The notes under the pieces: model-generated | Database searches by the model: none | Told to the model about the DNA's origin: nothing | The model's input: only the letters and a program-made list of their open reading frames with translations | Program-made: the position numbers and the translations under genes | Shown here: piece after piece, positions 39,921-53,759 of the stretch | Layout: each line of letters opens with the position of its first letter | Position numbering within the stretch: the stretch's first letter is position 1 | Assembly (NCBI RefSeq): GCF_009914755.1 | Contig: NC_060939.1 | Direction: 5' to 3' (one strand) | DNA: 64,000 bases | Origin: the human T2T-CHM13v2.0 reference genome, Homo sapiens

Positions 39921-42900
39921 GAATAGTATATGATAAATGGACTCACAGATCCACTTAGGGTGTTGCATGGATCAGTAGTCTGTTCCTTGCTGTTGCTCAG
40001 CATTATCCCATGGTATGGATGTACCACAGCTGGTTTCATTATTCACCCACTGAAGGACATCTGGGCTGTTTTCCATATGGGGCAATTGCAAACAAAGCTG
40101 CTATAAACATTCATGTTCAAGTGTTTGGGTGGATATAAGTCTTCATTTCTCTTGGATAAATGTCAAGTAGTGCAATGCTAGTTGCATGTTTAGATTTATA
40201 TAAAACTTCCGGCTGGTTTTAACTGTATCATTTCACACTCCCACCAGCCATCTGTGAGTGACTGAATTTCCCCACATCACCAGCTTTGGTGTTGTCGTCA
40301 CCAATTTTTATTTTAGCCATTCTGATTAGATAGTTAGTGATAATTTATTGTTCTTTTAATTTACGTTTCCCTAATGGCTAAGCTCATTAAATATTTTTTC
40401 ATGTGCTTATTTGCCATTAGTACATCCTTTTTGGTAAAATGTCTGTTCATGTCTTTGGCCCAATTTCTAAGGATTGTTTGCTTTTTTACTGATTAATTAC
40501 ATGAGTTATATAAATATAGATAGGTAGTTTGCAAATATTTTTGCTCACTCTGTAGCTTGTTTTCATCCTCTTAACAGGATCTTTTGCGGAACAAAAGTGT
40601 TTTTGATGACGTTCAATGTCAGTTTCTCCTTGTGTGGATCATGTTTTTGGTGTCAAGTTCAAGAATTTTTTTCTATCCTTAGCCCTGAATATTTTATGTT
40701 ATGTTCTTTTTTCTACAAGTTTTATAATTTTACAGTTTACATTTTAGCCCATGGTGTATTTTGAGTAATTTTTGTATAAGATAGGGCAAGATTCTTTTTT
40801 TTTTGCCTCTGGATGTCCAATTGCACTAGTACCATTTGTTGTAAAGGCTATCTTTACTCTGTTGAATTGCTTCTGCTGCTTTGTTAAAACTCAGTTGAAC
40901 ATACTTGTATGGGTCTATTTCCAGGTTCTCTGCTCTGTTCTATTGATCTATGTATGTCTGTCCCTCTGCCAATACCACACAGTCTTGATAACTTCACTAT
41001 AAATAGTAAGTCTTGAAATTGAGTAAACTCATTTATCCCACTTTATTCTTTTTTGAACTTTTGCTTTAGTTATTCCAGTGATTTTCCTTTTTCATATAAA
41101 TATAACTAAAACAAAATTCCATATAATTTGAGAATTTATATGGCAAATTCCTGGAATTTTGACAAAAATTGCATTAACTCTGTATATTAACTTAGGAAGA
41201 ATTGACATCTTTACTGCGTTGAGACTCCAGTCCATGAACAAAATATGCCTTTCCATTTATTATATCATCTTTGATTTCCTTTATCAGCATTATATAATTT
41301 TCAGCATACAATTCCTGTAAGTGATTTGTTAGATTTACACCTAAATGTTTTATTTTCCTTTGAACAATTGTAAATGCTATTGTATTTTTAATTTCAATCT
41401 CCGTGTGTTCTTTGGTACTATATAGAAAAATGTTATTTTTGCATGTTTATCTTGTATGCTTCAACTTTCCTGAACACATTTGTAAATTCTTAAGAGTTTT
41501 TTTAATATATCTCTTGGGATCGTCTCTGTGGACAATTACCTCATCCAGAAATTGGGTGACTTTTATTTCTTCCTTTCATTACCTTTCTTTTCTATTGTAT
41601 TGACCAGAACTTCCAGTCTATGCTGAGTAAGAGTGATGAGAGCAGACATCCTGCCTTTGTTCCTAATCTTAGGAGGAAAGCATTCAATCTTTCACAGGTA
41701 AGAATGTTTGCTGTAGCTTTTTGTAGGTCCTTTTATCAAGTTGAGCAACTTCCCCTTTATTTCTATTTTTTGAGAATTTTTAAAACATTAATGGGTATTG
41801 AATCTTGTCAAATGCTTTTTCTGCATTGATTGGTAGGAATACGTGGTTTTCCTTCTTTAGGCTGTTAATATGTTGGATCACATTGATTAGTTTCCTAATA
41901 CTGGAGCAATCTTGCATGCCTGGAATAAACCCCACAAGGCATTTATCTGAATGTGGCATGAGGGTAATAGTAGGCTCATAAAATGAATTGGAAAATGTTC
42001 TTGCCTCTTCTATTTTCTGGAAGAGGTTGTATATAACTGGTGTTCATTCTTTTTAAAGAGTTTGGTAGAGTTATCCAGTAAAACTGCCTTGTCCTAGAGA
42101 TTTCTTCTTTGGGAGTTTTAAAATTATAAATTAAATTTCCTTAAGAACTATGGGGCTATTTACATGATCTATTTTATATTGGGCGAGTTGTGGTAATTTA
42201 TATTTTTTAAGGAAGTGATCAGTTTTATCTAAATTGTCAAATTTATGCATGTTGAATACTTTCTCGTATTGCCTTATTATCTGTCTGTATAATCCTGCAG
42301 AGACTGTAGTAATATTCCTTGTTTCAACCCTGATATTGGTAATTTGCATCTCTCTCTTGTTTTTAGTCTTTCTAAAGATTTGTCAGTTTTGTTGGTGTTT
42401 TTAAAGAACCAGTTCTTTGTTTTGTTGATTTTTCTCTATATTTTGTTTTCGATTTTATTAATTTCTGCTTTTATCTATATTATTTTGTTCTTTTTGATTG
42501 CTATTGATTTATTTTGCATTTCTTTCTCTAGATTAAGAACCCAGATTAATGATTTGAGACTTTTCCTGTTTCCTAATGTGTGCGTTTCATGTTATAAATT
42601 TCCCTCTCAGCACTATGTTAGCTGCGTCCCTAAAATTTGGATATATTGTATTTTAATTTTTATTCATTTTAATATATTTAAAAACATCTTTTCCTACAGA
42701 GTTTATTTTTTACTCAGGGATTATTTAAATATGTGTTGTTTAGTTTCTAAGTGTCTGGAAACTTCTTGTTACTTTTCTGCTTTTGATTTCTTGTTGAATT
42801 CCACTGTGGTTAGAGAATACACTCGGTATGAGTCTAATGCTTTTAAATTTGTGAATTTTTTTAATGGCTGGTAATATGTCCTATCTTGGTAAATGTTTTG

Positions 42901-43402
42901 TGGACACTTGGAAAGAATATATATTCTGCCGTTGAGTGATGTGTTCTATGAATGTCGTTTAGATTTGTTGACTGATGGTATTGCTGAATTCTTCTCTCTA
43001 TACTTGCTGATTTTCTTTCTAGTTGTTTCATAAATTGTTCAGATAGGTGCATTGAAATCTCCAACTATAATTGTGGATTTGTCTATTTCTCCTTTTAGTT
43101 TTATCAGTTTTGTGTTCATATATCTTGTAGCTCTGTTGTTAGGTGCATACATATTTAGAATTACTGTATCTTCTTGATGGATTGACCCTTTTATTATTAT
43201 ATTATTATATGTCTCTTTCTGTCTCTGGTAATTTTCTTTGCTCTGATATCTACTCCATCTTATGTTTATATAGCCATTCCTGCTTTCCTTTGATTGATGT
43301 TTGCATGATTTTTAAAAAATCCCTTTACTGCCAACCTGCCTTTATCATTATATTGGAAGAAATTTCTTTTGGATAACATATGGTTGAATAATGTTTGTTG
43401 TT

Positions 43403-46136
43403 GTTTAATTTTTAAGACTTTATTTTTAAGAGCAGTTTTAGGTTCATAGCAAAATTGAGAGGAAGGTGCAGAGATTTGCCTTATACTCTCTGCCCCTAAA
43501 CATGCATAGCTTCCCTCTGTTTCTGTCTTCTGAAAGTGGCTGTAGAGAATTGGTGTAGTTTCTTCCTTAAATGTTTGGTAGAAATCACCAGTGAACCTAT
43601 ACGGATGGGCCTGAGGCTTTTTGTTTCGGAGGTAATTGATTCAACCTCTTCAATAGATACAGACCTATTAAGATTGTCTGTTTCTTCTTATGTGAGTTTT
43701 GGCAGCTTGTGTCTTTCAAGATATTGGTCCATTTTATCTAGGTTACCAAATCTGTGGGCATAGAGTTGTTCATAGTATTTATTTATCATCCTTTCAGTGT
43801 CTATGGGCTCTATAGTGACGTCCCTTCTCTCATGTCTGATATTAGTAATTTGGGTCCTGTCTTTTTTTCTCAGCCTGGCTAAAGGCTTATCAATTTTACT
43901 GGTCTTTCCAAAGTACCACGTTTTTATTTCATTGATTTTTTTCTGTTAATTTCCTATTTTCAATTTAATTACTTTTTGTTCTAATTCTTATTATTTCTTT
44001 TCTTCTGCATACTTGGAATTTAATTTACTCTTTATTTCTAGCTTCCTAATATAGAAATTAGTTTGTTTTTAGATCTTCTTTTCTTATATGTGTATTCAGT
44101 GCTATAAATTTCCCACTAAGTGTTGCTTTCACTGCATCCCACAAATTTTTATTAGTTATGTTTTAATTTTCATTTAGTCCCAAATATTTTAAAGTTTCCC
44201 TTTAGTTTTCTTCTTTGACCGTATATTATTTAGAAAGGTGTTGTTTAATCTCTATGTAGTTGGGGATTATCCCATTATCTTCCTGTCATTAATTTCTAGT
44301 TTAATTACTTTGGGGTCTGAAAGTAGATATTCAATGATTTCTGTTTTTTGTTTTTTTAATTACGTGTATTTTATAGCCCAGAATATGGTCCATTTTGGTG
44401 AATGTCCCATGTGAGCTTGAGAAGAATATGTATTCTGCTGTTGTTGGATGAAATAGTCTAGAGGTATCAATTATATCCAGTTGATTTATGGTGTTGTTGA
44501 GTTCAATTATGTCCTTACTGATTTACTGCTTGCTGGATCTGCCCATTTATGATCAAGAGTTTTTAAATCTTCAACTATGACAGTGTATTCATCTATTTTT
44601 CCTTGCAATTCTATCAGTTTTTGTGTCTCATAGTTTGACACTGATGTTAAGTGCATACATGTTAAGGATTGTTATGTCTTCTTGGAGAATTGACCCATTT
44701 ATCACTATGTAATGCCCTTCTTTATCCATGATCACTTTCCCTGCTTTTAGGTCTGCTTTTTCTAAAATTAATATGGCTACTTCTGCTTTCTTTTGATTAA
44801 CCTTACTTTGTAATATTTTGTCCATTTTCTTTTAACCTATTTTTATCTTCATATTTAAAGTGGGTTTGCTTTTTGTTTTTTTGGTAGAGAACATATAGTT
44901 GGGTCTTGTTTATTGATCCACTCTGACAATGACTGTCTTTTAGTTGGTGCATTTATATCATTGACATTCAAAATTATTATTGGTATAATTGGATTCATAT
45001 TATATCATTGACATTCAACATTATTATTGATATCATTGGATTCGTATCTACCATATTTGTTACACTTTTCTATTTGTTGCCTTTCATCTTTCTTTCTTCT
45101 TTTGTCTTCTACTCTTTTCCTATCTTTTGTGGTCTTAATTAGCATTTTACATTCCATTTTCTCTCCTTTCTTGGCATATCAGTTGTACTTCTTTTTTTAT
45201 TTTTTAGTGGTTTCCCTAGAGTTGTAACATACATTGACAACTAATTTGAGTGTACTTTTAAATAACAATATCCCACTTCACAAGTTGTGTGAATACCTTA
45301 TAATAACAAATAATCCAAATTCCTCTTCTCCATTTCTTGTATCACTGCTGTCACTAATTTTATTTATATATAAGTGCATATATATATCTAATACAATGTT
45401 GCTATTATTATTTTAAACAAATTTATCTGTTAAATCAACTGAGAATAAGAAAAATAAACATTTTTATTTTACCTTCACGTATTTTTTCTTCAACCTTTAT
45501 ACTTTCTTTACGTAGGTCCAAGTTTCTGAACTACATTATTTTCCTTCTCCCTAAAGAACTTCTTTTAAAATTTCTTGCAAGGCAGGTTCACGGGCAACGA
45601 ATTCCCTCAATATTTGTTTGTCTGAGAAAGTATTTTTCCTTCACTTTTGAAGGATAATTTTACAGGGTACAGAATTGTAGGTTGCTGGGTTGTGGGTTTT
45701 ATTTCCCCACACTTTATTTCACTCTACTCTCTTCTTGCTCGCATGGTTTCTGAAGAGAAGTTGGATATAATTTCTTATCTTTGTTTCTTTGTAGTAACAT
45801 GTTTTTCCTCTCTTTGATTTTCTGTAGTTTGAAGATGATAGGCCTAGGTGCAGTGTTATTGGCATTTATCCTGCATGGTGTTCTCTGAACTTCCTGGGTC
45901 TATGGTTTGGTGTGTGACATTTATTTGGTGGAAATATTGTTCCAGTATTTTTTTTCTGTTTTTTTCTCTCTTTCTTATCTTTCTTTTGATGGGTTACTAA
46001 TAAGCCCATCAAATGCATCCTTCGTTTCTGTTACAGTGTTTTTGTCTTTCAGCATTTCTTTTTGGTTCTTTCTTAGGATTTCTACCTCCCTGCTTATATT
46101 GCCCATCTGTTCTCGCATGTTGTCTACTTTGTCCAT
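43403..46136 (-). mobile_element. Second old L1 (L1MC/MD-type) nested in the first
   Basis: Own 3' end (AGAGCAGTTTTAGGTTCATAGCAAAATTGAG) and own endonuclease remnants: NQKKAEVAIL...DKEGHYIVINGSILQEDITILN (44628-44825) and LNVNDINAPTKRQSLSEWINKQDPTICSL (~44885-44970). Confidence 0.85.
44954..45047. repeat. 47-bp tandem duplication inside L1
   Basis: TATATCATTGACATTCAA...ATTGGATTC.TAT at 44954 and 45001, 4 mismatches. Confidence 0.9.
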
Positions 46137-46660
46137 TTAAAACAGACTCTTCCAATCTCTGTCTTATAAATGGTGCACTTAGATCATTTACATTTAATAG
46201 AATTATAAATATGTTAAAACTTAAGTCTGCCATTTTAAAATTTTGTTTATTCCTTTTTTTCATTGTTTCTTTGTTTTCTTTTCCTGCTTCCTATGGGTTA
46301 CTTGAACATTTTTTAGAATTCCAATTGATTTATCTGTAGTGCTTTTGAGTGTATTTCTTAGAATTTTTTTTAGTGATTGCTCTAAATATTAAATTACATA
46401 AAATAATTTATCACTGTCTGCTAGTATTGTCATTTTACCAGTTAATTCAGTATAGATATCTTCCCTCTCTTTATATCCCTTTACCTTCCTCCAGTTATAA
46501 CTGTACTGAATTTTCCTCTGCATATCTTTAGAACCATATCACACAGTGTTATAATTTTTGCTTTTCCCATCAAACTTAATTTAGAAAATTCAAGAGAAGA
46601 AGGAAAATCTTTTAGTTAGTAATTTTGTTCTTTCCATGTTCTTTCTTCCTTTTAGATATC

Positions 46661-46961
<301 letters not shown>

Positions 46962-48719
46962 CCTTTTAGATATTCTAAGATTCTTTCTTTTATTGTTTTG
47001 TCTCTATTTTGAGAAATTCCTTTATTATTTTAGGGTAGATTTGCTGGTGACAATTTTCTTAGTTTTCCTTCATTCAAAACTGTCTTGATTTTTCACTTCA
47101 ATCATAAGGCTATTTTACTAGGTATTGATTCTAGGTTGACAATTCCTTTCTTTCAGCACTTGAAAAATATTACACCCCTTTCTTCTGGCCTCTTTGCTTT
47201 CTGAAGAGAAATCTGCTGTCATTCAAATTGTTTTTCCTCAATAGGTAAGATGTTATGGTTTTCTCTGGCCACTTTCAGAATTTTTTTTTTGTCTTTAGTT
47301 TTCAAAAGTATTACTTTGATGTGTCTTGGCATGTTTTTCTTGGGGTTTATTCCATTTGGCATTTGTTCTACTTCTTGAATCTGTAAATTTATGTCTCTTG
47401 CTAAATTTGGTAAGTTTTTCAGCCATTATTTCTTCAAGTGCTTTTTCAGCCTGGACCTTTTTCTTCCAGGACTCTTATGACCCAAACATTAGATCGTTTG
47501 TCATAGTCCCCTCAGTCCCCAACCCTCTGTTCTTTTTTTTTTTTTCCAGAATATTTTCTCTCTGTTGTTCAGATTGGCTTATTTCTATTTTTCTATCTTC
47601 AAGTTTACTGATTCTTTCCTCTGTCCCCTCATTCTGCTGTTGAACCCATCTACTAAGCTGTTTATTTCAGCTATTGTATTTTTCAGTTCTAAAATTTTCA
47701 TTTGGTTCTTCTTTACATCTTCTTTGTGGAAAATTTCTGTTTCTTAAGTTTTTTTTTTAGATGTATTTCGTGATCATAATTGCTTGTTAGAGCATTTTTA
47801 TCCTGTCTTCTTTAAAATATCTTTAAGATAATTTTAACGTCTTTGTCATCCTGATGTTGGCATCTGTTCACTGTCTTTTTCATTACATTTGAGATCTTTC
47901 TAGTTCTTGACATGATGAGTGATTTTCAACTCTAATCTGGACATTTTTGTATTATGTTAGCAAAATTTGGACCATATTTAAATCTTCTGTTTTAGCTAGC
48001 TTTCTCTGACATTGTTTTTGCAGAGGTGGAAAAGGAGTGCTGCCTTGTTACTGCCAGGTAGGGGTAGAAGTGCAGGTTCCTCACTCAGCCTCTGTGGACA
48101 CCCAAGCTGTGGGGTTCTGTGTTGTTGCTGGATGTGGGTGGGAGGTCTAGCTCGCTAACTTGTCTCCACTGACCCTGGGGGTTCATATCTCATTACTTAC
48201 CAGAGGGGATGAAAATCTTAGGTGTCTACTGGGTCTTCTCTGACGTCACCCTTTGGTGTGTGTTAAGAGTCTCACAAAGGAAGAAGTCTAGGCTCTCTCT
48301 TTGGTCTTTGCTGATGTAGGTAATGTTTTCTGTGGTTTTCACTGGAATAGAGCAGTTAGTCTGTACAAGTTTTCTGTCTTGCTAGGCTGCCCCTTTCTTG
48401 GCCCTTTTGTTAGAGAGAGCAAGCTTTCGTTATTGTGGTGGTGGTTTGTGTTCATCGGGATCTCCAGCTTGCCAGCTTTTTCAGTTCCAAGTTTAGGATA
48501 TATGAGGCAAAAAGAAACCCTACAGAACTCACTACCACATCATTCCTTGAGTCTTAAGGCACTTAGCCAGCCTACCTTCTCCTCATCACCTTTCAGAGAC
48601 TTATCGTGTTTGTTTTATATATAATGTCCAGAGTTTTAGTTGTGCTTAGTGGGAAATTAGGGAAAGATATGTCTACTCCATCTTCCCAGAAGCAGAATTT
48701 TTCCTAATTTATTTATTTT

Positions 48720-49283
48720 AATTAAAAAAATCATTTTAGGAGACGTATTTGCCAAAGTTAAGGACATGCACCGGGGAGATAGGTCTATGCCTTTCTTTAA
48801 ATATGATTTTGAGGGCTTCAACATTCAAAAGGGAAAGGGTAGGATACTGAGAAATACACAATTTTCATGTGAATGGGGTAGGGGGAAATAGTCATTCATG
48901 CCTTTGTCTGGCTCAGTGAATCTGCATTTTTACACAAGATAACATAGACAACAGGGCAGAGGAAACAATTACGTATGCATTTGTCTCAGATGAACAAAGG
49001 GACGACTTTGAGTTCTGTCCTTTGTCTCTGTACCTGTGAAGATAAGCTATCAATTTACATGGCTGTGGTGAACTTTAACAGAACCGCTTCAGGGTAAAGA
49101 TCTTGGGTCCCACAAGGAATTTTCATGTGGGCACAATGTGAGGGAAGTATGTAGCTTTTCATCTTTGTAACCATCTTATTTAGGAATCAAAATGGGAGGC
49201 AGGTTTGCATGACCTGGTTCCCAGCTTGGCTTTTCCCTCTGGCTTAGTGAGTTTGGGGTCCCAAGATTCATTTTCCTTTCACA
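48720..49283 (-). mobile_element. MER4-family ERV1 LTR
   Basis: Reverse complement begins TGTGAAAGGAAAATGAATCTTGGGACCCCAAACTCACTAAGCC, a MER4-type LTR start. Confidence 0.88.
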
Positions 49284-49335
49284 ATTGTAATGTTAACTCC
49301 TAGTAACGTTTTTTTGACAATGGTTTTGGCAATGA

Positions 49336-51068
49336 TTTTTTTTCTTTTTTTTCTTTTAACTTTTGTTTTAAGTTCTGGGGTACATGTGAAGGTTTGTTAT
49401 GTAGGTAAACTCATGTCATGGGGGTTTGTTGTACAGATTATTTTATCACCCAGGTATTAAACCCAGTACCCAATAGTTGTCTTTTCTGCTCCTCTCCCTC
49501 CTCCCACCCTCAACATTCAAGTAGACCCAATGTCTATTGTTTCCTTCTTTGTGTTCACAAGTTCTCACAATTTAGCTCCCACTTACAAGTGAGAATGCAG
49601 TACTTGGTTTTCTGTTTCTGTGTTAGTTTGCTAAGGATAACAGCCTCCAGCTCCATCCACATTTCTGCAAAAGACATGATCTTGTTTTTTTATCACTGCA
49701 CAGTATTCCATGGTGTTTATGTACCACATTTTCTTTATTCAGTCTGTCATTGATGGGCATTTAGGTTGATTCCATGTCTTTGCTATTGTGAATAGTGCTG
49801 CAGTGAACATTTGTCTTTATGCTAGAATGATTTATATTCCTCTGGGTATATACCCAGTAATGGGACGACAGGGTTGAATGGTAGTTCTGCCTTTAGCTCT
49901 TTGAGGAATCACCATACTGCTTTTCACAATGGTTGAACCAGTTTACATTTCCACCAACAGTGTGTAAGTGTTCCATTTTCCCCACAACCTTGCCAGCATC
50001 TGTTATTTTTTGACTTTTTAGTGATAGACATTCTGACTGCTGTGAGATGGTATCTCATTGTGGTTTTGATTTGCATTTCTCTAATGATCAGTGATATTGA
50101 GCTTATTTTCATATAATTGTTAACCACATATTTGTCTTCTTTTGAAAAGTGTCTGTTCATGTCCTTTGCCCCCTCTTTAATGGGGTTGTTTTCCTCTTGT
50201 AAATTTGTTTAAGTTCCTTATAGATGCTGAGTATTAGCCTTTGTCAGATGCATAGTTTGCAAATGTTTTCTCCTATTCTGTAGGTTGTCTGTTTATTCTG
50301 CTGATGGTTTCTTTTGCTGTGCAGAAGCTTTTAAGTTTAATTAGATCCCATTTGTCAGTTTTTACTTTTGTTGCAATTGCTTTTGATGTCTTTGTCATGA
50401 ACTCTTTGCCAGTTCCTATGTCCAGTATGGTATTGCCTAGGTTGTTTTCCAGAGTTTTTTATAGTTTTGGGTTTTATATTTATGTCTTTAATCCATCTTA
50501 AATTAACTTTTGTATATGGTGTATGGAAGGAGTCCAGCTTCAATATTCTGCATATTGCTAGCCACTTATCCAGCACATTCATTGAATAGGGAGTCTTTTC
50601 CCCATTGCTTGTTTTTGTCAGCTTTGTTGAAGATCAGATGGTTGTAAGTGTGCGGCCTTACTTCTGGGCTCTCTATTCTGTTACATTGGTGTGTGTGCCT
50701 GTTTTTGTACCAGTACCATGCTGTTTTCGTTACTGTAGCTCTGTGGTATAGTTTGAAGTTGGGTAATGTGATGCCTCCAGACTTGTTTTTTTTTTTTGCC
50801 TAGGATTGCCTTGGCTATTCAGGCTCTTTTTTGGTTCCATATGAATTTTAAAAGTTTTTTCTAGTTCTGTGAGGAATGTTGTTGGTAGTTTGATAGGAAT
50901 AGCATTGAATCTGTAGTTGCTTTGGAAAGTAGGTCTATTTTAATGATATTGATTCTTCCTATCCATGAGCATGGGATTTTTTTCCATTTGTTTGTGTCTT
51001 CTCTGATTTCTTTGAGTAGTGTTTTGTAATTCTCATTATTAGAGATCTTTCACCTCCCTGGTTAGCTG
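49336..51068 (-). mobile_element. 5'-truncated primate L1 (older L1PA/L1PB type)
   Basis: Poly-T, 3'UTR, ORF2 C-terminus MNRHFSKED...[13 protein letters not shown]...[17 protein letters not shown] (49924-50160). Confidence 0.95.
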
Positions 51069-51091
51069 CCAAATTTATTTTTAAATCATCT

Positions 51092-52056
<965 letters not shown>

Positions 52057-52304
52057 TATATTATTTTTTAAAAAGTAACTTCTTCTCATTTCTGCATTAC
52101 ATTAAAGTTAGGGACTAGTACTGAATTTAAAAACTTTTTAAATGTGGTTGAGTTATGTTACTTGACTTTTATTTCAGGATAAAAACAGGGACATTATAAA
52201 GCATTAGTTATAAAGAGAGTATTTGGAGCATTGAGAACCACCACCTTTGAGGAACTTTAGTCTCACCTACTTCTCCATCTCTTCCGCATGTTCAAGTTTC
52301 ACAG

Positions 52305-52387
52305 TATTAAGTTGAATCCTATGACATTGCTGTTTTTTTGGTCAATGATGGTTGCATATCAGCAGTTTCATTATGGTTAATCTAATA
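52305..52387. mobile_element. MADE2-like mariner MITE
   Basis: ~80-bp imperfect palindrome TATTAAGTTGAA...ATTGC / GCAGTTTCAT...TCTAATA with TA ends. Confidence 0.75.
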
Positions 52388-52953
52388 TATGCATGTACAC
52401 AAATAGCAGCAGGAGTATATTAGGTGCCACTTTGTAAGGGTACAGCTCATCACATGCTGGTCACTCTGGGTGCCAGAATATTGACTTCCAGGATCCTTTG
52501 GTCCTCCAGTTCAATTCCCTCTCTGGAACAATCTCTGATGTGCTTTCTTGCTTGGGATTGAATAAAGACAGTCATTGCACCCTATGAAATCAGCTAAACA
52601 ATTGATAGATATGCACAGCAACCTATATTTAAATAGCACATGCAGCTCCCATTTAGACATTCCATTAGGTCTCCTCATTAGAACATCAATGAGGCCTTTA
52701 GCCAAGAACCTGTTTAGTTCTCTGGCTCATGGTTCTTCATCATGATTATCTACTCTGCCCCACAGCTAGTCTTTCACTTATAATTACCATTTATTGAGTG
52801 TCTACTTTCGTGATTTGCATTGTCTGTATTTCTGAAAATAGCAGAGTAGGGTAGATACCAGTGTTGCTTTTCTAACATGTAAGCAAATACTTATTGAGCC
52901 CACTCTGTCTGCTAGCTCTTTCAACCTTTGCCTTTTTAAAATATGATGCTTTA

Positions 52954-53161
52954 AAAATGATGCAGTAGATTTTGGGGACTAGAAGGGAAAGGGTGGGAGG
53001 GGGCTGAGGGATAAAAGACTACAAATTGGGTACAGTGTACACTTCTCGGGTGATGGGTGCACCAAAATCTCACAAATCACCACTGAAGAACTTACTCATG
53101 TCACCAAACACCACCTGTTCCCCAATAACCTATGCAAATAAAAATAAATTAATAAATAAAT
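52954..53161 (+). mobile_element. Short 5'-truncated L1PB-type 3' end
   Basis: GGTGATGGGTGCACCAAAATCTCACAAATCACCACT, A-rich tail, TSD AAAATATGATGCTTTAA / AAAATTTTATGCTTTAA. Confidence 0.9.
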
Positions 53162-53759
53162 AAAATTTTATGCTTTAAGTTGGATCTTTATCAACCTTAG
53201 TTCTGTAGCTTTAACTTCCCTGACATATAAAACACTGCACAGATCTATTCAACAGTAGACATAACCCAAGTTAGTAGTCTGAAAAGATGCCCCATATAAC
53301 AACTTGTGGATGATTTTGCATTTATCTTTGGATGCAGCAATGAACTTTATGGATGTGAGTAATGAATTTAGGTGTTCATGTGTACCCTGACTTTTGGTAG
53401 AAAATTAATGATCTTCAGATTGAGAGTTCGATAAAAAATTCTTCTCCTGTTAGTCAAAGAAGTTTTGTGGTGGTTATTTCCCAATATACAATTAAATTCC
53501 ACCCCCTACCCCCATCTTACCCAGGGCTTTAGATATTTGAGTTCCTCTCCCCAACTATATCATCCCACTTGTATGTAAACTACATAGATAGTCCTTATAT
53601 TTCTGGAAATCTTGACCATGAGAGTCTGGCATGAAGGATGGGGGACAGGCAACTGAGGTTTGAGTCTTTTCTGTATACCCTAACAAGTTCTATCCATGGA
53701 TGGAAACGCTATACCTTCTCATCAGACATCTGTGGGCTCCTGAGACATCAAGAACAACT

